Counted from the stretch's first letter, positions 9,153 through 18,653 are shown. The stretch: DNA of 64,000 bases from Eubacterium sp. (GCA_017420535.1 JAFOIV010000068.1:7541-71540), one strand, 5' to 3'. Translations and numbers: made by a program. The notes: a model not told the origin generated them from the sequence alone.

Positions 9153-10384
9153 TGAAAATGTTTTTAAGGTTAAGTTTTAATCATTTAAAAATTAAAAAGT
9201 TAAGAACATGTCTTACGATCTCGGGGCTGGTCATAGGTGTAATGTCATTAGTTATCATGATATCCATCGGGGAGGGGTATAAAACTGCGGTCCTTGCTGA
9301 ATTAAAAAAGAATAATCCAGGTGTGGATCTATATGTGACAAGTCAGGACAACAGAAGAAAAGACAGGGTGATAACTGATAAAACTATAGAAAAGATCAGT
9401 CAGATGGAAGATGTAGAACAGGTCTTTCCTATGTTGGATGGTTCTGGAACGATGGAACTTAATGGATATTACTATTATGGTCCTGTTTACGGCATAACCA
9501 GAGAATATATGGAGGAATTGGGACTTTCAGAAGGTGAATTTCCTTGTTCAAATGGTCCTAGACCAGAACTTTTATGTGGGGGAGGATTTAAACAGGCTCT
9601 CTTTAGTTCGACAAAAACAGTTAAATATAAGGATTCATCTTCTGGAAAAGAACCTCAGGTTGGGAAAAGATTTACATATGAATCACAGTATAAATTAAGT
9701 GTATCCGGTATTACAGCTGATGAATATGACTATAATATATATACAGATATGGACACATTAAAAATGTTCCTTAAAAGACAGATGGTTGATGGTGCTGTGC
9801 CAAATCAGCCTAAAGATAAGGATGATAAGCCTTATCCTATGTGGGTTTATGATTCTTTGACGGTACGTGTTGATACAATAGAAGATGCAAAAAGAGTCAG
9901 TAATGCTATAAATGAAATGGGATTTATGGTGGATAGTAATATTGAGATTATAGAAGAATCAGAAAATATGATCTCTAAAGTGCAGATAATCCTTGCAGTT
10001 ATAGGCACAGTAGCGGCTATAGTTGCATTTATTGGTATAGTTAATACTATGGTAACAGCGGTATATGACAGGATTAAAGAGATAGGACTCCTTAAAATGA
10101 TAGGTTCAGATTCGGATGATATTGTCTTTATGTTTTTATTTGAATCAGGATTTCTTGGAGCCATAGGTGCAGTGATAGGTGTTGTTTTATCATATCTGTT
10201 AAGTCTTTTTCTTAATCCCAAGTTGGCAAAGCTTATGGAGCTTTCAAAAGGAAGCCGTCTTGTAGGGATAAATTGGAAGATAGCATTAGGTGCAGTTGTA
10301 GTTACCATTATTGTAGCAGTTATAGCTGGTATCATACCTTCGAGAGCGGCAGTAAAAGTAAAACCTCTGGATGCCATAAATTAA
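9152..10384 (+). CDS. MacB-type FtsX-family ABC permease (single module)
   Basis: N-terminal TM, ~230-aa periplasmic-type domain and C-terminal 3-TM FtsX block. Start overlaps the upstream stop. Confidence 0.85.
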   Translation: MKMFLRLSFNHLKIKKLRTCLTISGLVIGVMSLVIMISIGEGYKTAVLAELKKNNPGVDLYVTSQDNRRKDRVITDKTIEKISQMEDVEQVFPMLDGSGTMELNGYYYYGPVYGITREYMEELGLSEGEFPCSNGPRPELLCGGGFKQALFSSTKTVKYKDSSSGKEPQVGKRFTYESQYKLSVSGITADEYDYNIYTDMDTLKMFLKRQMVDGAVPNQPKDKDDKPYPMWVYDSLTVRVDTIEDAKRVSNAINEMGFMVDSNIEIIEESENMISKVQIILAVIGTVAAIVAFIGIVNTMVTAVYDRIKEIGLLKMIGSDSDDIVFMFLFESGFLGAIGAVIGVVLSYLLSLFLNPKLAKLMELSKGSRLVGINWKIALGAVVVTIIVAVIAGIIPSRAAVKVKPLDAIN

Positions 10385-10422
10385 TAATAAGCTAAAATGT
10401 AGCTAAATTATAAAATATATGG

Positions 10423-10451
10423 TTGCATTATTATTTTTCATATGATACTAT
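10423..10451 (+). promoter_or_regulatory. candidate sigma-A promoter for secG
   Basis: TTGCAT, 17-nt spacer, TACTAT, about 40 nt upstream of the secG start. Confidence 0.4.
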
Positions 10452-10490
10452 AACACAGTATGATTTTAATTTGATCAGGAGGAATTTGTT

Positions 10491-10730
10491 GTGAAACTCG
10501 CACTTACAATATTACTTATTGTTATTGGTATAGCACTTTCAATCGTTGTTCTTATGCAGAAGGGTGTAGAAGGCAACGCTGCAGATACATTTGTTGGTTC
10601 AGTTAGTTCATCTTACTGGGAGAAGAATAAGAAGCACTCAAAGGAAGAGATCACAAAGAAGGTAACTCTGGTTCTTGGAATCCTTTTCTTCGTTGTTGCA
10701 GCTATTCTTTCTTCAAAGTGGGTTAGATAA
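10491..10730 (+). CDS. secG: preprotein translocase subunit SecG
   Basis: 79 aa with two TM helices and an N-terminus typical of SecG (ILLIVIGIALSIVVLMQKG). Sits in the conserved secG-rnr-smpB-ssrA synteny. GTG start with the RBS aggagg. Confidence 0.8.
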   Translation: MKLALTILLIVIGIALSIVVLMQKGVEGNAADTFVGSVSSSYWEKNKKHSKEEITKKVTLVLGILFFVVAAILSSKWVR

Positions 10731-10749
10731 TCTGATATATGAATTATTT

Positions 10750-10779
10750 AAGGTGCTGATCATTTCAGCACCTTTTTTT
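10750..10779 (+). terminator. rho-independent terminator after secG
   Basis: Stem aaggtgctga / tcagcacctt followed by TTTTTTT. Confidence 0.65.
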
Positions 10780-10892
10780 GTGCGAAGCCTAAGGTTCGCG
10801 AGATGTATTTTCAGTTGTGTCACGACTTTCCTTATTTTATAATAATCTATAGAGAAGTTACATACCACGGGGCAATTGATCAGGAGGTTAAC

Positions 10893-13052
10893 ATGTTAGA
10901 TACATATAATATAGAAAATGAAGAAGATAAAAAAAGATCAGAAAGAAAAAATATGATCTTAGAATTCATGTCGGTTCCAAATTATAAGCCGGCAAGATTT
11001 AAAGAACTTTGTTACATTTTTAATGTAAGCGAAGAAGATAGAGATGAATTACTTGTTTGTCTTAACGAGCTTGAAGATGAAGCTCGTATAGTAAAAACAA
11101 AGAACAACAGATATATGCCTATGCCAGAAAATGTTATGGTGGGCACATATATTGGAAATAAGAGAAGTTTTGGTTTCGTTAAGGTTGAAGGTAGAGAAGA
11201 GGATCTTTTTATCCATGATAAGAATTCTCTCAATGCTTTTCATGGGGACACTGTGCTGGTTCAGCTGGATAAGAGAAAGACTGGCCCTAGAACTGAAGCA
11301 AGGATAATAAGGATAATCAAACGTGAGATAACTGAACTTATAGGCATTTTCCAGGCCTGTGACGGTTATGGATTTGTTATTCCTAATAATAAAAAGATAG
11401 CAGATGATATTTTCGTCCCTGAGAAGGCTAGTAAGGGGGCTGTTACTGGTAATATCGTAATAGTTGAGATACGCGACTATGGAAATGATAAGAAGTCTCC
11501 AACAGGTAAGGTTACTGAGATCCTTGGCCATGTTGATGACCCTTCATCAGATATAATCCAGGTAGTCCGTGCTTTAAATATTCCTGAAGAATTCCCTCAG
11601 GATGTGGAAGACCAGTTAAATGAAATTCCTGATACAGTATCTGAAGAAGATAAAAAAGGAAGAAGAGATTTTAGAGATCTTCCAACAGTAACAATAGATG
11701 GAGAAGATGCAAAGGACTTAGATGATGCTATTTCCCTTTCTTTTGAAGATGGGATATATCATCTGGGAGTTCATATTGCGGATGTTTCTCATTATGTAAC
11801 AGAAAATTCTCCTTTGGATAAGGAAGCGCTTAAGAGAGGAACCAGCTGTTATCTTGCTGACAGTGTTATCCCTATGATACCTCATAAGCTTTCAAATGGA
11901 ATTTGCTCCCTTAATCATGATACAGATAGACTTACACTTTCTTGCGTTATGGATATAGACGATAAGGGTAAGATAATTAGTCATGAAGTTTGCGAAGGCC
12001 TTATAAATGTAAATGAGAGAATGAATTATTCTGACGTTTATAAGATCTTGGAAAGAAGTGATGAAGGACTTCTTGAAAGATATAAGGATTTTGTTCCTAT
12101 GTTTGATCTTATGAAGGAACTTTCTCTTAAGCTTAGAAATGTAAGAAAGAAGAGAGGGGCTATAGATTTTGATCTGCCTGAAACAGACATTGTCTGTGAT
12201 GAAAACCATAATCCAATTGATATCAAGCCTCATGAAAGAAATACTGCCACAATGCTTATTGAAGACTTTATGCTGGCGGCAAATGAGACAATAGCCGAGG
12301 ATTATTTCTGGGAAGATATTCCTTTTGAATATCGAATTCATGAATCACCTGATATGGAAAAGGTGGATAAGTTAAAAGTAATGCTTCGTTCTCTTGGAAT
12401 TTTCCTTAAAACAGGAAAAGATAATATCCATCCAAAGGAATTCCAGAAATTGCTTAAGCAGATAGAAGGACTTCCATTTGCTGATATGATAACCAAGGTG
12501 ACTCTTCGAAGCATGCAGCAGGCAAGATATTCAACTGAATGTGAAGGCCATTTTGGACTTGCATGTAAATATTATTGCCATTTTACATCGCCTATCAGAA
12601 GATATCCGGATCTTATGATACACAGGATCATTAAGGAAAATCTTCATGGTACTCTTGATGATAAGAGAAGAAAGCATTATGCAAAAATCCTTCCGGATAT
12701 AGCAGCTGATAATTCTGCAAAGGAAAGAAGAGCGGATGATGCTGAAAGAGATGTTACTAAATTAAAAGAGATCGAATATATGTCAGAACATATAGGTGAA
12801 GTATTTACAGGAAGCATTTCCGGCTTTACTAATATGAATATCTTCGTTGAACTCGATAATACAGTAGAAGGATGCATCAGCCTTGCTTCTATCCGTGATG
12901 ATTTCTACAATTATTTCGAAGATAAATATATGATGGTGGGAGAAAGAACTAAGAAAACTTATGTTCTTGGGGATAAAGTAAAGATAAAAGTTGTAAACTG
13001 TGATAAGATAGACAGGGTTATAGATTTTGAATTTGCAGATGAAGAGGACTAG
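10893..13052 (+). CDS. rnr: ribonuclease R
   Basis: RNB catalytic region (TIDGEDAKDLDDAIS), a C-terminal S1 domain and N-terminal cold-shock-like domains. I prefer the ATG at 10893 (RBS aggagg) over the track start at 10803. Confidence 0.9.
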   Translation: MLDTYNIENEEDKKRSERKNMILEFMSVPNYKPARFKELCYIFNVSEEDRDELLVCLNELEDEARIVKTKNNRYMPMPENVMVGTYIGNKRSFGFVKVEGREEDLFIHDKNSLNAFHGDTVLVQLDKRKTGPRTEARIIRIIKREITELIGIFQACDGYGFVIPNNKKIADDIFVPEKASKGAVTGNIVIVEIRDYGNDKKSPTGKVTEILGHVDDPSSDIIQVVRALNIPEEFPQDVEDQLNEIPDTVSEEDKKGRRDFRDLPTVTIDGEDAKDLDDAISLSFEDGIYHLGVHIADVSHYVTENSPLDKEALKRGTSCYLADSVIPMIPHKLSNGICSLNHDTDRLTLSCVMDIDDKGKIISHEVCEGLINVNERMNYSDVYKILERSDEGLLERYKDFVPMFDLMKELSLKLRNVRKKRGAIDFDLPETDIVCDENHNPIDIKPHERNTATMLIEDFMLAANETIAEDYFWEDIPFEYRIHESPDMEKVDKLKVMLRSLGIFLKTGKDNIHPKEFQKLLKQIEGLPFADMITKVTLRSMQQARYSTECEGHFGLACKYYCHFTSPIRRYPDLMIHRIIKENLHGTLDDKRRKHYAKILPDIAADNSAKERRADDAERDVTKLKEIEYMSEHIGEVFTGSISGFTNMNIFVELDNTVEGCISLASIRDDFYNYFEDKYMMVGERTKKTYVLGDKVKIKVVNCDKIDRVIDFEFADEED

Positions 13053-13056
13053 TTAG

Positions 13057-13524
13057 ATGGCTAAAGATAATTCAGAGAGGCTTATAGCAAATAATAAAAA
13101 GGCTTATCATGACTTTTTTATTGATGAGACCTATGAAGCAGGGCTTTCTCTTGCAGGTACAGAAGTTAAATCTCTTAGAATGGGACAGTGTTCTATAAAG
13201 GAGGCATATGTAGGTATCGAGGATGGAGAGATATATGTATATCATATGCATATAAATCCTTATGAAAGAGGAAATATATTCAATAAGGATCCTCTTAGGA
13301 CCAGAAAACTGCTTATGCATAAAAATGAGATATTGAAATTGTCTCATCAGATTAAGGAAAAAGGCTATACTTTAATGCCATTGAAAGTTTATTTTAAAAA
13401 TGGCAGAGTGAAGATTCAGATTGGCCTTGCCCGTGGTAAGAAAAATTATGATAAGCGTGAAGATATCAAAAAGAGAGATCAGCAGCGTGAAGCTGAGAAA
13501 GATTTTAAAATCAGCTTAAGATAA
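13057..13524 (+). CDS. smpB: SsrA-binding protein SmpB
   Basis: [13 protein letters not shown] and GTEVKSLR motifs, 155 aa, lying upstream of the tmRNA. Confidence 0.95.
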   Translation: MAKDNSERLIANNKKAYHDFFIDETYEAGLSLAGTEVKSLRMGQCSIKEAYVGIEDGEIYVYHMHINPYERGNIFNKDPLRTRKLLMHKNEILKLSHQIKEKGYTLMPLKVYFKNGRVKIQIGLARGKKNYDKREDIKKRDQQREAEKDFKISLR

Positions 13525-13620
13525 TTAGATTTTATCTTGATTTTAAGTAGCGCATTTATTAAAATATATCTTGCTGAGTGCATAAGGGTGCACAATCAAA
13601 TTATAAGGAGAAGCTATAAA

Positions 13621-13956
13621 ATGAGCCAGGAAAAGGTTGATAGATATAAAGAGAATAAAAAGAATAGAGCAAAGATCTTAAAGAAAAAGAAGATCAAGAA
13701 ATATACAGCAATTTTAGTAACTGCTTTCTGTGTAGGAGCTCTTATTGGAATTCCTGTTGGAAGAGGTATCTATAAATATACCAAGAATGCTGCTGAAAGA
13801 AATAAAACAGTAGCTGATATGGATTATAACAACTGGTTCAATAGTTATTGGAATGAAAAGCTTCCTTCTACAGCTTCAGCTACTTCTGCAGAGGTAGCAA
13901 CAGAGGATGCTAACACTTCAAGCACAACTGATGCTACAGCAACTGATGCTCAGTAA
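13621..13956 (+). CDS. small single-pass membrane protein with a Thr/Ala-rich tail, function unknown
   Basis: ATG at 13621 with the RBS aaggag. Lys-rich N-terminus, one TM (ILVTAFCVGALIGIPV) and a low-complexity C-terminus. Confidence 0.5.
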   Translation: MSQEKVDRYKENKKNRAKILKKKKIKKYTAILVTAFCVGALIGIPVGRGIYKYTKNAAERNKTVADMDYNNWFNSYWNEKLPSTASATSAEVATEDANTSSTTDATATDAQ

Positions 13957-13970
13957 TGAAGCATAAGTCA

Positions 13971-14318
13971 GGGGTTGTACAGGTTTCGACAGGGATTTAG
14001 AGATTCCGGCAGCTATCCGTGGACCCGAGACCACGTTAAAACTTGGAAAAAAATAAACGCTGAAGATAATTTAGCACTCGCTGCCTAATTAGGCAGCTGT
14101 CAGTTCTTTTGTAATCCGCGGCATTAGAAACTGGCATCAAACTAGCGGAGAACTTTCTTCCCAAAGCTTTGAGGGCGGGAAAGAATATATGAAGCTACTG
14201 AAACAGTAAGCCTGTCTTTTGGCGTACTACGTAGGGAATTTTAAATAATAGACTGTGATAGGAGACACCTGAATTAAAGAGTCTTTGGACGCGGGTTCGA
14301 TTCCCGCCAGCTCCACTA
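13971..14318 (+). ncRNA. ssrA: tmRNA (SsrA)
   Basis: 5' GGGGTTGTACAGGTTTCGACAGGG. 3' tRNA-like end GGACGCGGGTTCGATTCCCGCCAGCTCCA. The acceptor stem pairs GGGGUUG with CAGCUCC. Tag reading frame GCT GAA GAT AAT TTA GCA CTC GCT GCC TAA at 14059-14088 encodes ...AEDNLALAA. Confidence 0.9.
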
Positions 14319-14419
14319 AAATGTGTTTTGACGAACACCTGTCCATAAAGGTGTACAAAACGCTGGAATCTAATATCAGTAAAAGAAACATTTTAAGATT
14401 TTAGGTTTTATAGCAGAAA

Positions 14420-14458
14420 ATAAAGAGCAGAGGAAATATTCCTTTGCTCTTTATTTTA
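14420..14458 (+). terminator. rho-independent terminator downstream of ssrA
   Basis: Stem aaagagcagagg / cctttgctcttt (one mismatch) followed by ATTTTA. Confidence 0.5.
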
Positions 14459-14543
14459 ATTATACCAATTTCTTCTTCCTGCTGCTACATTACTAAGAGT
14501 AGTATCGTGATCGGCGCTGTTAAAATATGTAATAGATGTTTTT

Positions 14544-14572
14544 TTGACAGCGAGAGTACTATAAGATAAAAT
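14544..14572 (+). promoter_or_regulatory. candidate sigma-A promoter of the 14604-18532 operon
   Basis: Consensus TTGACA, 17-nt spacer, TAAAAT, about 30 nt upstream of the start codon. Confidence 0.5.
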
Positions 14573-14603
14573 ATACATATCTTATTTTTAAGGAGAAGAA
14601 ATT

Positions 14604-15146
14604 ATGGGGATTTTTGATAATATCGGGGTTTCAAATTCATCAGGCAGTCAGTATAAGACTGTAACTATCACATTTGACAAAATGCCAGAATCAATGGCCG
14701 ATTTTATGGCTTTGCCACAGGTGGATTTAAGTGATCCATTTAAAACAGCGGCACTTACTATCATGGCATTTTGCTATTATCCATCAAATAAGGATTTTGC
14801 TTTAGAAATGCTTAATTATCTGAGAGGTCCAAGAACTTTAAGCGAATATGATAAGCAGTTTATAAGAGATCGTTTTATGGATAAAGACTATGTTCCACGT
14901 TCTTATTTTAATGGAACTTCACCAGCTAATGACTATAAGCCATCACAACCTTATAGTATTACTCTTTTTGAAAACCCATATTCATACACAGACCAGGGCT
15001 ATGCCAAATTATATGTTAATTCCAGTGGGGCTGATTCTCCAAGGTATGTCCAGCTTCGTCTTGCAAAAGATGGAAAATGGTATCTTTGGGAACAGTTCAT
15101 ATTATCGGATATAAGACAGCCTGAAAGTTCTAATCCATGGGCATAA
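14604..15146 (+). CDS. hypothetical soluble protein, 180 aa
   Basis: Good RBS (aaggag). No family motif I recognise. First gene of a tightly spaced four-gene unit. Confidence 0.6.
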   Translation: MGIFDNIGVSNSSGSQYKTVTITFDKMPESMADFMALPQVDLSDPFKTAALTIMAFCYYPSNKDFALEMLNYLRGPRTLSEYDKQFIRDRFMDKDYVPRSYFNGTSPANDYKPSQPYSITLFENPYSYTDQGYAKLYVNSSGADSPRYVQLRLAKDGKWYLWEQFILSDIRQPESSNPWA

Positions 15147-15168
15147 TTAAATAAAAGGGAATAAAACA

Positions 15169-16695
15169 GTGTCACTTACAAAAAATGAGAAGATGAAACT
15201 TATCATTTGGACTTTGGTACTTCTGGCGGCTCACCTGTATCCGGGTATAGAATTAACTAAGTATAGATCCTGGGGAATGCCTCAGATATTTTATATTTTG
15301 CTGCTTTTTTTATGGAGTGCAAGTTTAAATATGAGGCTGGTTGGAAAAAAGACTAAAAGGCTTTTCTTTCAGCTTACTCTTTTCATGGTTATCCTCATGT
15401 TAGTCCAGATGATAAAATATAACTTTTGCCGTAAACCTGTGTATTGCAGGTATCTTTGGTATACCTATTATCTGCCTATTGTTTCTGTACCCATTACATG
15501 TTTTAGGATCGTATGTTCAATAGGGGAACCAGAAGAAGGAAAAAATAAGAAGAGTCATCTCTTATGGATTCCAAGTGCAATATTCATTTTGATCGTTCTA
15601 ACAAACGACTTTCATCAAAAGGTTTTTTATTTTAAAAATGGTCTTTTGGATTTTAATAACTATGATCATAAGCTTTTTTATTATATTATCCTTATTTGGG
15701 CTTTTTTCTTTATTTTTGCTACATTTATAATGATTATTTTTAAATGTCCTATAAAGATAAAAAAGACCAGCTTTATCTTGCCTTTTATGCCAATAGTTCT
15801 TTATTTTATCTACATGGTGTTCTACAACAAATATCATATTATGTTTGATGAGCTCCCTATAAAAATACATTTTCAGCAAGCCATGCTTTTAACCCTGATA
15901 CTTTTCTGGGAAGCCTGCATTAAGCTTGGCATAATAAGGACAAATAAGAAACATAAGGATTATCTTGAAGTAACAGGGCTTGATTTTACCATCATTGATA
16001 AAAAAGGTTCTATTATATTTACCGACAATGGTTTAGATGAAGAACTGATCAGATTAAGATCAGGGGAGTATGTAAATGAAACAAAGATCATTAGAAAAAA
16101 TTATCTGAAGGCTGGTCAGATAGTCTGGCTGGAGGATGTTTCAAGCCTGGTGGAGGCAAAAAAAGAATTAGAAAAGATTAAAGTGGAATTAAAAAAAGAA
16201 GAGGAAATCCTTAGATCTGAAAATGAAGTTAAAGAGATCAAGGCCAGAAATGAAACTAAGAATTATATCTATGATAAGATATATCTTTCTTTATCTAAAG
16301 AGAGAGATGATATATTAAATATCTTACATAATAAAGATTTGGATAGGGAAAGTATTAAGTATATTGCTCTTAAAGGTACCTATATCAAGAGATGGTCGAA
16401 TCTTAAGATCATTGCAGAAGACTTAAAGAATAAGGGCTTCGATACAGTTTCTATTCAGGAACTATATTATGCCATTAAGGAATCTTTAGATCAGCTGGAT
16501 TTTTATGATATTAGTTATGAAATATCTGGTTTTGAAGATCCTTACTTAATAAAGTTCGATGAATTACTTGAGATCTATAAAGATTTTGAGAAAAAGTTAG
16601 AGGGCCTTTTAGAGGGGGACTCAAAAATTAGTGTGAGTCTCCTTAGAGATGATAAGGGATCAAAGTTAGTTTTAGAGGGAGGCAGTTATGCTTAA
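15169..16695 (+). CDS. polytopic membrane protein (about 7 TM, resembling the histidine-kinase N-terminal 7TM domain) with a coiled-coil cytoplasmic tail and no kinase motifs
   Basis: About 250 aa of hydrophobic helices, then a charged coiled coil (EAKKELEKIKVELKKEEEILRSENEVKEIKARNE). I found no H-box or ATPase boxes. The stop overlaps the next gene's start by 8 nt. Confidence 0.6.
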   Translation: MSLTKNEKMKLIIWTLVLLAAHLYPGIELTKYRSWGMPQIFYILLLFLWSASLNMRLVGKKTKRLFFQLTLFMVILMLVQMIKYNFCRKPVYCRYLWYTYYLPIVSVPITCFRIVCSIGEPEEGKNKKSHLLWIPSAIFILIVLTNDFHQKVFYFKNGLLDFNNYDHKLFYYIILIWAFFFIFATFIMIIFKCPIKIKKTSFILPFMPIVLYFIYMVFYNKYHIMFDELPIKIHFQQAMLLTLILFWEACIKLGIIRTNKKHKDYLEVTGLDFTIIDKKGSIIFTDNGLDEELIRLRSGEYVNETKIIRKNYLKAGQIVWLEDVSSLVEAKKELEKIKVELKKEEEILRSENEVKEIKARNETKNYIYDKIYLSLSKERDDILNILHNKDLDRESIKYIALKGTYIKRWSNLKIIAEDLKNKGFDTVSIQELYYAIKESLDQLDFYDISYEISGFEDPYLIKFDELLEIYKDFEKKLEGLLEGDSKISVSLLRDDKGSKLVLEGGSYA

Positions 16696-17899
16696 ATTTA
16701 TAGAGCATTTTTTAATGCTCCTTTGTCTTCTTATATTCTGGGGCGAAGGTTATCTTTGCTATAGGATCATTAAGGAAAGACAAAAAAAGAATAAAGCTGT
16801 ATTGTCTATCGGAATTTGTGTCATTTTATTTGTAACATTTCAGTATGTAAAGAATGTAGGCGATATAAGGCTTTTATCCTCAGCCGGCAGTATGTGCTTA
16901 AAACTAATGATGTTTATTATACTTTTAGTATTCATAGTCCAGGTGATCGGTGAGAACAAATGGAATAAGGAACATATCTCTGACTTTTCCATAGAAGAAG
17001 GTTTGGATAGTCTTCCTGTTGGAATAGCGGTTTATTCTTCTTTAAATGGAATGCCGATATTGGTAAATGCCATTGCTGATAAGGTTTCTATGAGACTATT
17101 TGGTAACACACTTATAAATGGACTTAAGTTTAATCAGGAATACCATGAGTATATAAAAGGCTGTAAAGAAGAACTTCTTCATATGGATGATCATCTTTAT
17201 ATGCTGACTGAAAATAAACTGAGGATAGATGATACTGAATATATAGAGCTTTTATTTTATGATATCAAGGATGTCCATGAAATTAATGAAAAGATCCATA
17301 AAGATAATGAGATAATCAAAAAGCTTAATGAAAGACTGAGAGCTTTAAACCGAAGGATAAATGACTTATCAGTTGAAACAGAGCTTATCAATATCAAATC
17401 TAAGGTTCATGATGATCTTGGGGAAGCATTGACTATCACTAGAAATTATTTAAAACAAAATGAGCCGGAGATAAATAAAAACAAGTTGTTTACTTTATGG
17501 CTTGATAGACTTGACTTCATGAAGTCTGTATCCGAAAATAAAAAGAAGGATGAGTATCAGAATCTATTTTCGGCGGCGAAGGATGTGGGAGTTGATATTG
17601 TAATAAATGGTGAACTTCCGGATAAGCAGCCTGCTAAACAGATATGTTCCATGGCAATACATGAGTGTCTTACTAATACTATAAGACATGCCAAGGGAGA
17701 TAAAGTATATGTTGAGACTCATTTCGAAAATGATGATAAATTCATAATAAAGATTACAAATAATGGATATCCTCCACTGGGGAAGATAAAAGAAAGTGGT
17801 GGACTTGCTAACCTTAGATCTATTGTTGAGATGGCAGGTGCCAGTATGGATATTTCTACTGATGTAGTTTTTTTACTTACAATATGTATATATTATTAA
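16688..17899 (+). CDS. membrane sensor histidine kinase, HisKA_3 (NarX/LiaS-like) type
   Basis: N-terminal TM helices. H-box KVHDDLGEALT, N-box HECLTNTIRHA, G-box region ITNNGYP...GGLANLRSIVEMAGA. Confidence 0.75.
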   Translation: MLKFIEHFLMLLCLLIFWGEGYLCYRIIKERQKKNKAVLSIGICVILFVTFQYVKNVGDIRLLSSAGSMCLKLMMFIILLVFIVQVIGENKWNKEHISDFSIEEGLDSLPVGIAVYSSLNGMPILVNAIADKVSMRLFGNTLINGLKFNQEYHEYIKGCKEELLHMDDHLYMLTENKLRIDDTEYIELLFYDIKDVHEINEKIHKDNEIIKKLNERLRALNRRINDLSVETELINIKSKVHDDLGEALTITRNYLKQNEPEINKNKLFTLWLDRLDFMKSVSENKKKDEYQNLFSAAKDVGVDIVINGELPDKQPAKQICSMAIHECLTNTIRHAKGDKVYVETHFENDDKFIIKITNNGYPPLGKIKESGGLANLRSIVEMAGASMDISTDVVFLLTICIYY

Positions 17900-17908
17900 G
17901 GGGGAAAT

Positions 17909-18532
17909 ATGAAACGTAAAATACTGATTGTTGATGATCAGAATATGGCCAGAGAGTTTGTGGAAGGGATAATTGCCACTGATGATTCTCTGGAATTAGT
18001 TAAATCTATATCTTCAGCAAGTCTTATAGACGTTTATATGGCAAGGCTTTCTGTGGACCTGGTAATACTGGATATAGTTATGGTGGACGGTAGCAGTGGT
18101 CTTAATGCAGCTGAATATATAAAGAAAAATTATCCTAAAGTTAAGATTATACTTTCTACTGCAATGCCTGAAGCAAATTTCCTTAATAGAGCAAGAATGA
18201 TAGGGGTGGAAGGCTTTTGGTATAAGGAGTCAGGAAGAGATAAATTATTAGAGATAATAAATGGAGTCTTTAATGGTGAATCAATCTATCCTGACACTAC
18301 TCCTGCATTACAATTAGGAGATATTATTTCCAGCGAACTTACTCAAAGTGAGTTAGAGGTCTTAAGGGAACTTACAAATGGTTCTTCAAATGCGCAGATA
18401 GGAAACAGGCTTCATATATCTGCTAATACTGTTAAAACTCATATTCAGCATATGTTGGATAAGACAGGCTTTAATAATAGAACTGAACTGGCTATAGAAG
18501 CAAGGATAAGGGGAATTGTTATTCCAGATTAG
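17909..18532 (+). CDS. LuxR/NarL-family response regulator
   Basis: Receiver domain (ILIVDDQ, LDIVM) plus a C-terminal HTH (LTQSELEVLRELTNGSSNAQIGNRLHISANTVKTHIQHM). Confidence 0.9.
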   Translation: MKRKILIVDDQNMAREFVEGIIATDDSLELVKSISSASLIDVYMARLSVDLVILDIVMVDGSSGLNAAEYIKKNYPKVKIILSTAMPEANFLNRARMIGVEGFWYKESGRDKLLEIINGVFNGESIYPDTTPALQLGDIISSELTQSELEVLRELTNGSSNAQIGNRLHISANTVKTHIQHMLDKTGFNNRTELAIEARIRGIVIPD

Positions 18533-18560
18533 TTTTAAAATAATGAAGATATTAAATATA

Positions 18561-18593
18561 CAAATCACCCGTTTGGGTGATTTGTTTTTTTTT
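18561..18593 (+). terminator. rho-independent terminator
   Basis: Stem caaatcaccc / gggtgatttg with loop gttt, followed by nine T. Confidence 0.75.
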
Positions 18594-18653
18594 AATCCTG
18601 TTAGAATGTTAAAAGCTTAGTTAATTAAACTTAGTTGTGAGGAGGAAGAAAAT

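Noticed and set aside
9847-10377. Long antisense ORFs in the six-frame track. Examples: 9847-10377(-), 34538-35086(-), 11049-11531(-), 11892-12341(-), 28714-29097(-), 43640-43990(-), 49811-50146(-).
   Set aside because: All are nested inside strongly supported genes on the opposite strand. They have low-complexity, Ile/Ser/Leu-rich translations typical of shadow frames in AT-rich DNA. I could see no RBS or family motif.
10803-10892. N-terminal extension of RNase R given in the ORF track (start at 10803).
   Set aside because: The extension (MYFQLCHDFPYFIIIYREV...) has no RBS and overlaps the post-secG intergenic region. The ATG at 10893 has a perfect AGGAGG at proper spacing.
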